Source of the DNA: Octopus vulgaris
Lineage: Eukaryota
DNA length: 64,000 nt
Direction: 5' to 3'
Assembly (NCBI GenBank): GCA_951406725.2
Contig: OX597825.1
Coordinates: 5,952,001 to 6,016,000, forward strand
Shown here: piece after piece, positions 39,991-53,707 of the stretch
Position numbering within the stretch: position 1 is the first letter of the stretch
Layout: each line of letters begins with the position of its first letter
Notes under the pieces: generated by a model
What the model was told of the DNA's origin: nothing
Database searches by the model: none
Seen by the model: only the letters and a program-made list of their open reading frames with translations
Translations under genes and position numbers: made by a program

Positions 39991-40633
39991 TAATTGTAAG
40001 CCTTCACCTTATATTGACTACAGAAAATATACAGTGAAAGCTTATAATCCTTTTACGGTTATGTATTTGTTTTGTTGGATTCCTGATATGAAATGGTGTG
40101 TTGAAACAGATATTGTTATGTTTCGAGAATAATAAGTTAGACTTTCAACCAGAAAAAGTTGACTCCATCCATACAACTATTCTTTAATGAACACAAAAGA
40201 GCAAGTCCTGGAAATGTAATTATAATTTTTATTGAAGAAAGTCAAAAACAACATGTGGTTTTTTAACTGAGACCTTGACCAATTCAAATACAAAATTTGT
40301 TTTCCTTTCTCTTCTTTTTCCTCTCCCACCTTAAAATGACACTCAGAACTAAACAAGTCTGACGATACAAAAACCACAACTCTTTAACTCCCCCTCCTTC
40401 TCAAACAAACAAAAATTTTCTTCTTTCTTCTCTCTTGCTTGGCAAGCCCCAGAAAGGGTTTTTAGAAAAAAAGCCAAGAAATCTAAATATGAACCATTTT
40501 TTGATAAATCCGATAACGGAAGAAAGCGCTGAAAATGTAAATAAGATGTAAATAAATAAAAATATATATATAATCAATATCTGTACATCACTTCAAAAAC
40601 CTCTCTCTCCCTCTTTCTCTCCCTCTTTCTCTC

Positions 40634-40705
<72 letters not shown>

Positions 40706-40708
<3 letters not shown>

Positions 40709-41537
40709 GGTGCGGTGAATAAACTATCGTCTAAATCGCGTAAAAATGAAAATAACACTGACATCTCATTTTGACCGATATATTTACCAAAATTACATAA
40801 AAATATCTTGAAACTCTAAAAGAGTAAATTTATTCAATAAAATCGCCTTTGGTTTCAACCACGGCCTCCAGACGATTTCAGAATCTCCTGCAACTCTTCT
40901 GGATGCTCTCCTTGTTTAGGTTGGTGAATGCTGCCTTAATCCTTGCCTTCAGTTCATCTTCGGTGTTATAAGGATTTTTGTTTGTCTCTCGCTCAACTGC
41001 GCCCCCAAACTTTATAATCAAGGGGTTGCAGTCTGGGGAATTAGTTGGCCAGATGTTAGGGGTGATGTCACAGAAATTGACTGACAGCCATGATTGGGTT
41101 CTCCTGCTTGTGTGACATAGTACAGAGTCCTGTTGCCAGACATAGGGTCTTCCAACAACCACCTGCTTGACCCAGGGCAGCACTACTTCCTCCAGACACT
41201 TGATGTAGGCCTCTGTGTTGGGTCTCAGGACGTGTGGGAAGATGAATGGAGGCATAGCGTCACCATCACTGGATGTTTGATTTTTATCACTCTTGGTACA
41301 TATGTCCCCAGATTGCACTCTGAAATGTTCGTATCGACGCTTCCAGCGCGAATGCCAAGCAATACAGCAGGTTGTTTCCCAATTTCTGGCTGGGTGAATT
41401 GCGTCGTGGTGGTGATTTTCTCACAGACGGTGCTCAACTGACCCTACTATACTGTGTAGCCGACAAAATCAAAAACAAACAAACGCATGCGCGAAATGGA
41501 AAATATAAAGTGGCGACAATTTATCCATCACACCCTG
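40706..41537 (-). mobile_element. Deleted Tc1/mariner element of DD37D (maT-like) type with both TIRs
   Basis: YVWQQDSVLCHTSRRTQSWL...WPTNSPDCNPL catalytic motifs. TIRs are CAGGGTGCGGTGAATAAACTATCGTC and, as reverse complement, CAGGGTGTGATGGATAAATTGTCGCC. Confidence 0.88.
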
Positions 41538-41539
41538 CT

Positions 41540-41587
<48 letters not shown>

Positions 41588-41855
41588 CATGTATTTATAA
41601 CTATGTGTATATATCTATGAGATTGTGTCTTTGTGTATGTGTTTGTCTCTCATCTCACCACCACTTGACAACAGGTGTTGGTGTGTTTGCGTTCCCTTAA
41701 ATTATCGATTTGGCAAAACAGACCGATAGAATTAGAAAAAGGCTTAAAACAAAAACAAAATAAGTACTGTGGTCCATTTGTTCGACTAAAACCGTTCGAG
41801 GTGGTGCCCCAGTCTGGCCACAATCGAACGAAAGATTTGTGTGTGTGTGTGTGTG

Positions 41856-41888
<33 letters not shown>

Positions 41889-42282
41889 TTTTGTGTGCAA
41901 CGTAATGTCTTTTGTACGTGTGTGTGTGTGTGTGTATGTGTGTGCGTGTGTGTGAGCTTATAGCTCTGTCTTGTTAAGTCAACGAAAAGCAACAAAACAA
42001 ACAAGGAAAAAACAAACAACAAAAAGAACAAAAGAGATTATCACTTCAGTGTTGCTTAGCAACCGAGCTGTTTTCTGTATGAAGCTAACGAAGTTAGAAC
42101 TAAGAAATAAATCATCAGTCTGGTCACGCCGGATTCACTGCTACTGAGTGCGGGAAATGAACAGCATGCACGCGCACGCGCACGCGTACACACGGACGCA
42201 CACGCACATGCGTACGTACATACATACATACATACATACATACATACATACATACATACATACATACATACATGTGTGTATG

Positions 42283-43215
<933 letters not shown>

Positions 43216-43399
43216 GCTGACTGGCTGGCTGGCTGGATGGATGGATGGATGGATGAATGGATGGATGGATGGATGGATGGATGGATGGATGGTTGGCTGG
43301 TTGTCGAGCTGCCTGGCTGGATGACTGGCAGAGCTAATGTATCTTTCGTTTGTTTAACTAATGTTTGTGATTGTTTGCTTTGTTCACTTCCGGTTCACC

Positions 43400-44660
43400 T
43401 TGCATTCGAAATGATGATCAACAAGCAGACTTCTGTTGTTACGAATGTTTACCGCCAATTCGACCAAGTCACACTTTCGAGCTACGGAAATTTTGACACC
43501 ATATTACAAACAATAAATGCTCAAACGAAGATGAAACTCTTTGTGTGTTTCTAAATGGCTAGCTTGTGTCTTCCATGCTACAATCGGTTTAACTTCAACA
43601 CAGTCTCAGAGCAAACCACTTGCTTGGACGATATCTCCAATATCTTAACGCCGCTGTACGATGTGGCTATATACCGCAAATCCTCGAGTATAGTACGCCC
43701 TTGAGTATAATACGCAGGGGATTTTTAGGGGGCTGTACTTCTGAAAAACCTAAACCTTGTGTATAATACGCACCCCTTCTCTAACTTGAGTCAAGGAGGT
43801 CTATATAACGTCCTTGGTTTGTAAAAATGTATACGGTAACGTCCTTTATTATTATTGTATATATAACATAATGCAAACGTGTAGCTTTTTTGTGCATTTT
43901 GTTTGCAGAAAATAAAAAAATAACAGTAATAATGTTTAATAAATGTTGCTTACTGCAAGTTATGAATGATTCATTTATGACTTCATTGCTTTCAGGATTA
44001 ACTTAAGGTATTTTCGCGCCCGACATCACAAAATGTGTCTGAATAAACATTGCCGGGCAGCAAATAGAGACTCGGACATTGCTTAGAAAATATTTTTCAT
44101 TTCTAACTTCGCATATAGTACGCACAAGGGATTTTGACCTTATAAAGGGGCAAAAACCCCGAGATGTGGTATATACACTCATTAGCCATTTTTGTCTTCG
44201 ATCTCATTGTTTGTTTACGTCTGACGTCTTGATACGAAACGTTGTCAGCAAAAAAAATCAGTGCTGGTTATCAGTTCTATTGAAATAACCTTAACAAAAC
44301 AGTTATTGTCGTCACAACAGTCACAGTAACTTATCCAAAGGGTTGCAGCTGAGATCAAGTGTAGATAGGGCGGTATTAACCTTGCCTATGACGTTATCTT
44401 TCAAGTACTCGATATGATTTTTAAATGCTTTGATAGTTAAGTACCGGTCCGTTTAACTTCCGTTATCCAGATCTCACGAAGAATATCGATTAATTTGTAG
44501 GCGTTGCATAAACCACGGCGAAAGAGGCCATCATTTTCTATTTTGGCAATCACAGCTATTTCTTTTGTTACTTTGGTTTACGTAAATTCCATATACCTCC
44601 TCCTGCAGATGATTGCATTCAGCTTTGAAATGTCTACGGAACATTTACCCATAAAAATAA
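43400..44660 (-). pseudogene. Possible decayed LRR-domain membrane-protein gene (LRR-CT cap), interrupted by a MITE
   Basis: Minus strand across frameshifts: ...LSTLDLSCNP / ISYCDC... / EC..P.SYSGVKILEISSKQVVC, then a hydrophobic stretch. Confidence 0.3.
43672..44155. mobile_element. pogo/Tigger-like non-autonomous element, one end truncated
   Basis: Starts TA-CCGCAAATCCTCGAGTATAGTACGC and has repeated GTATA(A/G)TACGCA subterminal motifs. Confidence 0.65.
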
Positions 44661-45297
44661 CTAGTCTACGTTATTAAATGCTAAGTAAGCCGCAGGTTTT
44701 ACATCAGAATTTTGCTTCAAGAAAGATATTTCATCAAAGACTAAGGATCTCTTTCCCAACTGTTTGATGGCCGTTCACTCTAGAGTTCATCCACTCTTTG
44801 ACAGCTTTTGTTTTTCGTCCTGCAGGTTGTCCAACGAAAGCCCGCCATCTCTTTAACAATCAGTCTTGGTAGAGGTACCAGTTTAATCGTCGATGATCCG
44901 ATCATGGGACATGTTGTACTGGGTTACATGTTACTAATTGCACCAAGAGTGACCTAACATAGAAATGGCGACTCTGTGTTACGCATTTCAGTTCGTCTGA
45001 TCACCACTGATCTGTGCTGATTTGACTTAGGACTTTCTTGTTGTCATCAAATGATTTTACAGAAATGTCTTTTGACTCAATGTGAATTGTCTTTTCTTTT
45101 TTGAGAAGAAATGCCTGATTTGATTAGATATAAGCGGCCCCATTTGAAAAAAGGTGGTATAATATGAAGTGTTGGACGGTAGACAGTTGGTGAGTGTAAG
45201 AGTGAAGGGTCAGAACGGTGAGAAAGAAAAAGGAAAGAAAGAAGAGATATAGACTGAGCATGAAAAGGGGCTAAAGACGGCATGTTGAATTTATGGT

Positions 45298-45531
45298 AAG
45301 GCGGCGAGCAGGCAGAAACGTTAGTACGCCGGGAGAAATGCTTAGCGGCATTTCGTCTGCCGTTACGTTCTGAGTTCAAATTCCGCCGAGGTCGACTTTG
45401 CCTTTCATCCTTTCGAGGTCGATAAATTAAGTACCAGTTACGCACTGGGGTCGATATAATCGACTTAATCCGTTTGTCTGTCCTTGTTTGTCCTCTCTGT
45501 GTTTAGCCCCTTGTGGGTAGTAAAGAAATAG
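45298..45531 (+). mobile_element. SINE family B, full length with 13-bp TSD
   Basis: Head GGCGGCGAGCAGGCAGAAACGTTAG and B box GAGTTCAAATTCC. TSD ATGTTGAATTTAT at 45282-45294 and 45534-45546. Confidence 0.9.
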
Positions 45532-46452
45532 GTATGTTGAATTTATAGAAGAGTGTATATATAGTTGTGAGCGTTACGTTTTATAAAATAAGTAATACAC
45601 AAATAACTTGGTTAACGCTCGAGATGCTTTCATAAAAAAAAAAAGAATACCACATGAAGAAAAACAGCGTTACGCGGGTCTCATTTTAACAAAAAGATAC
45701 GAACCTGAAACACAATATTTATGAGAGAAATGAAAACAAATGGAGGTCATCGACATCGCTTAACGTTTGAAAAATACAGAAACTCGCTGTCGCACCAACC
45801 ACCCGACCCACCCACAAGCTTTAGATAAAATCATACAATGTTATCTAAAGTTATGACAAAATTAGATAACAAGTTTAATTAATTAAGATCTAGTGGTATC
45901 TTAAAATTATGAAACAGGTTAAATTAATCTACTTTAATCATAAATTTGTATAAACAGGCCGACTCACTCATAATTCCGTTGAAAAACCGCAGCGAGGAAT
46001 ATTGACACAAAGGCGAAACCTGAGATGAGGAAGCAGACTGTGTTGCTTTCTCGTACATTGGTTCCTCACCAAACAGGGCATCGTATATCTCCTTAATTTC
46101 GAAGAATCTTTTCTCGTAGCAGCAGGATTTTATATCTCGAACATATGCCTTGTTGCTGTGCGCTCCAAAACCGGCCATTTTTAATAAACTAGTCTGTAAT
46201 TTTTTTCTTTTCTTTTTTTGTGAATATTGCTACTAGCGAATTCAAACAGTAAGAATATTTCTGGAGTTCCTGTAAATGTTTTTAGGTTTATTTTCGATTC
46301 TGACATCTGCAGCTGTTCAATAAACGAACCTTTATCACGAGACTCGATAAACTCTACCAAATCTTCAGGATTAAAACTTTAAAATCCAACCATTTCTTTG
46401 TCCTCTCCACAATGTCTTTGATGACTGTTGGCACAATTTCTTCTTCAAATAC

Positions 46453-46935
46453 TAGGCACAGGCGTAGCTGTGTGGTAAGAAGCTTGCTCCCCAGCTATAT
46501 GGTTCCGGTTTCAGTCCCACTGCATAGTACTTTGGCCAAATATCTTCTACTATAGCCTCGAGTCGACCAAAGACGTGTGAGTGGATTCGGTAGACGGAAA
46601 CTGAAGGAAGCCCGTCATATATCTACATGTGTGTGTATAGCTGTCTGTGTGTCTGTGTCTGTATTGGTGTGTGTAGGTGTATCTTTGAATCTGTGTTTGT
46701 CCCCCGCACACACACACGCACACACACACGCACACACACACACACCACTTGAGAACCGGTGCTGATGTGTTTACGTCCCCGTTACTTAGCGGTTCGGCAA
46801 AACAGACCGATAGAATAAGTACAAGGCTTAAAACAAAATCAAACAAGTACAGGAGTGGACACATTTGACTATAAATTCTTCATGGCAGTGCCCCAGCATG
46901 ACCGCAGTGAAATGACTGAAACAAGAAAAAGACAA
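46453..46935 (+). mobile_element. SINE family A, full length
   Basis: Family match. Confidence 0.85.
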
Positions 46936-47328
46936 CAGATAAAACACAAAAGATACCATGATCATATCTCCTTTCGAAATCTGTTCCTGCAATCCAGGGT
47001 TAATCCGTCCCAGGCTACTTCTGCCTTATCTATAACCTCCGTAATTTGATAGATTATATAAATGTCCTTGATAGATTGTTTACCATGGACATCTGTTGCT
47101 TCAAACATGTTGTTTGAAAATGCAACGTTTGTATTAGAAATTTCTCCCCTTATCCAGAGACTGGAATAGGGAAATGATGCTTGATGCTTGGTTTTCGGTG
47201 CTTGGCAAGCCACTTGTACGTGAATGCAGATTAGAAATACGTCGAAGTCCTGAGGCCCCCTTACAGCATTAGCAACCATTGTCAACATATTACATTCCGG
47301 TATAAGCTATTCGCTACATACATACATA

Positions 47329-47478
<150 letters not shown>

Positions 47479-47482
47479 TATG

Positions 47483-47591
<109 letters not shown>

Positions 47592-47629
47592 ATACATATA
47601 CATACATACATATACATATATATATGTAC

Positions 47630-47818
47630 ATGTTGGCGATTTTTTTTCCTCTGTCTTCCCTTCTCTGGATCTTTCCTTCTCCTATGTTTCCGACGAAGAG
47701 CTCCACTCGAAACGTTAAACTCTCTTTCTTCCCTTCTTTCCTGAGCGTCCAATAATACTTTATTTGTTCCACGTCCTTGCGTTGTTGTGTTTTTTTGTGT
47801 TTTCTTGTTTGGATTAAC

Positions 47819-47820
<2 letters not shown>
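47630..47820 (+). mobile_element. Second copy of the 3260-3463 element, hammerhead at 47686-47720
   Basis: GTTT-CCGACGA-A-GAG..CTC-GAAAC-GTT-AAAC. It ends ...TTGGATTAAC into a TA-rich tract. Confidence 0.75.
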
Positions 47821-47868
<48 letters not shown>

Positions 47869-48134
47869 CATACATATAAATTAGAGATAAAACCACTATT
47901 ATGCAACTCAAACAGTGATAGACCATAAACCAATACATAAATAACAAATAATATATATATTTATAAAACATATAACTTATGACTAGGTCTCAAAAAGTAT
48001 AAAATGAATGATAAATATATAATATAATAAGTAAAAACACTACGTACGTTTCATGGCTACAATTAAATTCGAATTACAATTAAGTTTAAATTCAATTGAA
48101 ATAAATTCGATTTAAAATCATACTCCCTAATATG

Positions 48135-48201
<67 letters not shown>

Positions 48202-48209
<8 letters not shown>

Positions 48210-48379
48210 AATCAACGAAAATGCACATTGTAAATAAAAAAGAAAAGGCTTTTTATGAAAGATAACGACAGATATATGTATATATAACGACAGATAAATG
48301 TATATATCTGTCGTTACCTTTCATAAAAAACCTTTCCTTTTTTTTATTTACAATTTGCATTTTCGTTGATTTTTCATAT
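48202..48379. repeat. Imperfect inverted repeat, about 76-bp arms
   Basis: 48202-48277 vs 48302-48379, a few mismatches. Confidence 0.9.
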
Positions 48380-48387
48380 TTTCCCCT

Positions 48388-48650
48388 TATGCCTAAATGC
48401 CTGAGAGACTTACATGGTGTGGATGTGGGTTTCTTTAAAACTAAACTGGATCTCTTCTTGTCGGGGGTCAGATGAACCTACCTCACGACAGGAGACGCAG
48501 ATGCGGGCAGCAGCATCGAACTCCCTTGTTGATTAAGTGCCACGTATCAGAGGTGGATTCACATATTAGTGTAGCTCATTCAGCGGTGGTGCCCCAGCAT
48601 GGCCGCGGCCTTCGGGCTAAAACATTTTTAAGGATTTAAGGATTTACATT
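48388..48650 (+). mobile_element. LINE 3' end (CR1/L2-group-like ORF2 C-terminus and 3' UTR)
   Basis: PKCLRDLHGVDVGFFKTKLDLFLSGV(fs)DEPTSRQETQMRAAASNSLVD, followed by GGTGCCCCAGCATGGCCGC...AAAC and a (TTTAAGGA)n tail. Confidence 0.75.
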
Positions 48651-48696
48651 TCCACGTGCATTTTATATTTTATTTTTGTAACATATTTCTACTATG

Positions 48697-48703
<7 letters not shown>

Positions 48704-48732
<29 letters not shown>

Positions 48733-49246
48733 TGTATGTATGTATGTATGTATGTATGTATGTATGTACGCATGTATGTACGTACGTATGTATGTATGTA
48801 TGTATGTATGTATGTATGTATGTATGTATGTATGTATGTATGTATGTATGTATGTATGTATGTATGTACGTACGTATGTATGTATGTATGTATGTATGTA
48901 TGTATGTATGTATGTATGTATGTGTGTATGTATGTATGTATGTGTGTATGTATGTATGTATGTGTGTATGTATGTATGTATGTATGTATGTATGTATGTA
49001 TGTGTGTATGTATGTATGTATGTATCCACGTATGTATGTATGTACGTACGTATGTATGTATGTATGTATGTATGTATGTATGTATGTATGTATGTACGTA
49101 TGTATGTACGTACGTATGTATGTATGTATGTATGTATGTATGTATGTATGTATGTGTGTGTGTATGTATGTATGTACGTATGTATGTACGTACGTATGTA
49201 TGTATGTATGTATGTATGTATGTATGTATGTATGTATGTATGTATG
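48704..49246. repeat. Long (TATG)n array
   Basis: Directly visible, about 540 bp. Confidence 0.95.
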
Positions 49247-49626
49247 AATGTATAAGTATATGCATATATATGTATGTATATATCTATGCATCTATATATA
49301 TGTATGTGTATGTGTGCAACGAATTAGAAGCAGCTCTTGTAAGGTAAACATTATCGGTGGCACATACGTTGTGTATGTGTTTTGCTTATACGCCAAATTT
49401 TGCTGCGGGACAGCGTCCGGAGAAAGCTTCCCACACGATGCCGAGTGTTAAAGGATGCCTGGATGTCACAGCCGAGACAACATAAACAGCCTCGGAATCA
49501 CCGAGAAAGATAGATACCGATATTTTGCCATTATTGTGGCTTATCAAATTCATGAACCGGATAACAGGATAGGCAGGGAGGAAGATGAGAAACACCAAGA
49601 AATTATATTGATGTAGTATTTATCGC

Positions 49627-49668
49627 AGCTGCCCGATGAACGGGAACGTGAAACTCTGAGTAACAGTT
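49627..49668 (+). ncRNA. Minimal type I hammerhead, CCGAUGA core
   Basis: AGCTG-c-CCGATGA-ACG-GGAA-CGT-GAAA-CTC-t-GAG-T-A-a-CAGTT. Stem II is GNRA-capped, and the first stem I pair is mismatched. Confidence 0.6.
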
Positions 49669-49874
49669 CTCTGATAATTTTGCAGCTTTAATAGAAAGTA
49701 TATATATATAAAGATGGGATGCAGTCTTTTTGTAAATTATCTATTATAATAATGAGCTTCTTTGTAAGTTTGTCCAAAATCAGGCAATAAGGGAAGTAAC
49801 AGAGTAAGAGTAAAAAAGAAAACGGACAAAATGGTAATAACAATGAGAGAGGGAGTAGTATCAAACAGCACCTT

Positions 49875-49935
<61 letters not shown>

Positions 49936-50247
49936 AAAAACCTTTTCACTTTATCGATGAACGCTACCTCTCCCTCTCTCTTTCTCTCCCTCTCTCTCTA
50001 TTTATCTACAGACGCACGCACGCACATACACACACTCTCTCTTCAGTGTGAGTATGTGGTTTGTGGGTTCGACCGCGTCCTCCGCTTCATTTTGTGTTAA
50101 TCACTCATTCTCATTTAATTGTACATATTTTAATTGTTTATTTATTCCTACGTTTCGTCTCATTCGATACCCTGACCCCAACGTTTGTTTTCTCTGTCCT
50201 CGTATCGTCCCCTCTTTTTCTCAACCTTATGGTGAATAAAGAAATCC

Positions 50248-50262
50248 TCTCTCTCTCTCTCG

Positions 50263-50294
<32 letters not shown>

Positions 50295-50495
50295 TTCTCT
50301 CGCTCTCTCTCTCTCTCTACCTCTCTCTCTTTCTCTCTCTATATATATATATTTCTCTCTCTCTCTCTTTCTCTCTCTCTCTTTCTCTATTTCTCTCTCT
50401 CTCTCTCTCTCTCTCTATTTCTCTCTCTCTCTCTATTTCTCTCGCTCTCTCTCTCTCTATTTCTCTCACTCTCTCTCTCTCTACCTCTCTCTCTT

Positions 50496-50549
<54 letters not shown>
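50248..50549. repeat. (CT)n compound microsatellite
   Basis: Directly visible. Confidence 0.95.
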
Positions 50550-50552
<3 letters not shown>

Positions 50553-51075
50553 ATTTTCATTTTTATTCGATGAGCGGTGATTTTTTTTCTAGTAAACATT
50601 AATAACAATATATAAGATAAGTAAATATGATCTTTGCACCTCAAAATTACATTTTTCTGTATCTCTAAAGATGTTTGATTGTTCTAGAAGTTTTTTCTGC
50701 TTAAAAAGTTGCAAAGTTAATAGAATATAAGTAAATAATTTTAGATCATAAGATTAAAATATTTTCTATTGAAAGAAAGCTTGATAATATTGTCTGTTTA
50801 AAGAAAACTAAATATAAAAAGAAGGTAATTATAAATATTTAGAAATACTTGCTGATACAGTGATGTTTGTAAATATTTATGAATAAAGAATTTTGTCAAG
50901 GCGGTGAAGTTTATCTTCAAGATCGTTTTCCGTTTCAGGCGGATGACTGAGACAGACAGACAGAGATAGAGAACGCGTAGATGTTGCTGGAAAAAAAGTG
51001 ATAAGTCTCTGCGTGTATGCCGTTGATGTAATCCCGTGTAATTGTGGACTTTGTATGGTTACGTATAGAAATATA

Positions 51076-51307
51076 TATTTCTTTACTGTCCAAAAGGAGC
51101 TAAACATAGAGGGTACAAACAAGGACAGACAAACGGATTAAGTCGATCATATCGACCCCAGTGCGTAACTGGTACTTATTTAATCGACCCCGAAAGGATG
51201 AAAGGCAAAGTCGACCTCGGCGGAATTTGAACTCAGAACGTAACGGCAGACGAAATACGGCTAAGCATTTCGCCCGGCGTGCTAACGGTTCTGCCAGCTC
51301 GCCGCCT
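51076..51307 (-). mobile_element. SINE family B, full length with 22-bp TSD
   Basis: TATGGTTACGTATAGAAATATA at 51054-51075 and 51308-51329. Confidence 0.92.
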
Positions 51308-51351
51308 TATGGTTACGTATAGAAATATAAACGAGTTTACGTACACACACA

Positions 51352-51389
<38 letters not shown>

Positions 51390-52202
51390 CACACACGCAC
51401 ACACACATACATACACACACATGCACGCGCACACACACGCAGACAAATTCCTTTGTTTTTAAGTCTGTATTCTGTTGTATTAAGTATACTCATCCACCTG
51501 TTATGGAGAATGAATAAGACAGAAGGCGACGGTTAGCCAGAGACAGAGAGAGAGAGAGAGAGAGAAAGGTGAAGAACAGCCAGTTTCACTCGAGAAGAAC
51601 TGGATGCAAGAAGATTAAACAATAGATGGAGGTTATTGAATCGGTTACAAGAAGTGAGACAAGAGAAACGAGCGCAAGACGCACGAAGTCAGGCTCGAAG
51701 ACGTCAAAATGAAAAGGAGCAGCTAATTGCACAAAGGAGAGACATCCAAAGGGAGAGAGAGCGGGACAAAGCGCCAAGATGAAACAGGAGAGCAAGCAGC
51801 AGTGCGGAGAGAATATCTAAGAAGGAGAGCATCGCAAAGGCGACAAGATGGAACGGAGACAGGAAGCAGCACAAAGGAGAGAAATCGAAAGAGAGCGAAC
51901 ATCGAGAAGAATGAAAGAATTAATTAATACTAATACTGAACAGGGTTAAGGGTAACAATACAGAAAAAAAGGACATAAGGGAGTGTACAAGGAGTAAACC
52001 ACGTTTATAAACGCACATAGCCTTATGCACGCACGCGCATATATGCACATACGCGCAACACGTCTATATACGCACACACAGACGCACGCACAGAAAGGAT
52101 TATACATACGACTAAAAAAGAAGTGCGTGCGTACAGAGACGTGTGCGGCTATGTGCATATATGGGCGTGTGTGTGTGTGCGCGCGTGCATAAGGATATGT
52201 GC

Positions 52203-52249
<47 letters not shown>

Positions 52250-52457
52250 TAAATAAAATAAAACATATGCATATATATAAACATATTTGTACGTACCTAC
52301 CTCTACATGTACATATACACGCATATATGAGTACAGGACACCAAAAGGACGTCGAACACAATGAGAGCCGACAACATAGACACAAACCAAAGGAACTGGA
52401 CATTTATTTAAAAACAGCAAAAAAATAGAGTACAGGACAATTAACACAAAGAAAAAA

Positions 52458-52520
52458 CCCTTTCTTCAGTCGTTAAAGATTTCATCTACTCTACGTTTCG
52501 AAGGATAAAAGCGAGACGTA
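52458..52520 (-). ncRNA. Candidate non-circularly permuted hammerhead ribozyme (site-GAAA-CUGA order)
   Basis: Minus strand: TACGT-C-TCGCT-tttat-CCTTC-GAAA-CGTA-(17 nt)-AACGA-CTGAAGA-AAGGG. Stem III is TACGT/ACGTA, stem I is TCGcT/AaCGA and stem II is AAGG/CCTT. Confidence 0.62.
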
Positions 52521-52651
52521 TCTTCGACAAGAAAACTTTCCTTCCTGCGAAAAGCAAATCAATTAAAATTCTGAGATCTTTTCGCAGAGGGGTAAAAAAT
52601 GGTAAAAACAGGACAGTAACGACAGTACAAATTGTAAACAGTAAAGGACAT

Positions 52652-52877
52652 AAACAATTGCAGCGTGGAAGGTGTTTGTAAGCCATTCAAGAAACACACA
52701 AAAGCCGTTCGATTCACTTCAACATTTAAGTTTAATTTGTCAAAATATTTTCGTCGCTTTAAGACCGCGACCTGTTCACTGACAAAAATCCGTGCAGCAC
52801 AGAATGTTGAAGTGAATCGAACGGCTTTTGTGTGTTTCTTAAATGGCTTGCAAACAACTTCCACGCTGCAATTGTTT
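52652..52877. repeat. Inverted repeat, 75-bp arms, enclosing a hammerhead variant
   Basis: 52652-52726 vs 52803-52877, about 3 mismatches. Confidence 0.92.
52736..52786 (-). ncRNA. Type I hammerhead variant with G3-C8 swapped core
   Basis: Minus strand: TTTGTCA-GTGAACA-G-GTCGC-ggtcttaaa-GCGAC-GAAA-A-ta-T-T-T-TGACAAA. Stem I is 7 bp, stem II is 5 bp and stem III is the palindrome AAATATTT. Confidence 0.68.
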
Positions 52878-52931
52878 TCGTTTCAGCACACGATCTCAGA
52901 TCAAATCACTTGCTATGCGAGTACATCTCCG

Positions 52932-52994
<63 letters not shown>

Positions 52995-53052
52995 AAACGC
53001 ATATATATAAATAATTAATTAATAATTAATTAATTTTACCCTTTTATTATTG

Positions 53053-53103
<51 letters not shown>

Positions 53104-53156
53104 CATATATATAAATAATTAATTAATAATTAATTAATTTTACCCTTTTATTATTG

Positions 53157-53256
<100 letters not shown>

Positions 53257-53321
53257 TGTGCATTAGTATGCATATATGTATATGTCTGTTTGCATACTTG
53301 CAAGCACATATATGAGTAACT

Positions 53322-53353
<32 letters not shown>

Positions 53354-53384
53354 TTTGTGTCCAACTGTACATATTAAGCATGTA

Positions 53385-53418
<34 letters not shown>

Positions 53419-53629
53419 CATGTGTGTGTGTGCAGACATGCAGCTGTTGCAGAGAACTGATCACATGACCTACTGACCTCGACAGGAATGTCACAATGCC
53501 CCAATTTAACACTCACATAATTGCGCAGATGTTTCATCTTAACAAAAAATACTGACAGCAATCCCAACACAACACTTAACTCTGCAACTCTGTCTTCGTC
53601 TCGCTCGGTGTCAATGTACAGGATTGTAT

Positions 53630-53707
<78 letters not shown>

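Noticed and set aside
48030-48060. Minus-strand GAAAC-GTAC-GTA half hammerhead
   Set aside because: The CUGANGA half is missing; probably a truncated Penelope-like end.
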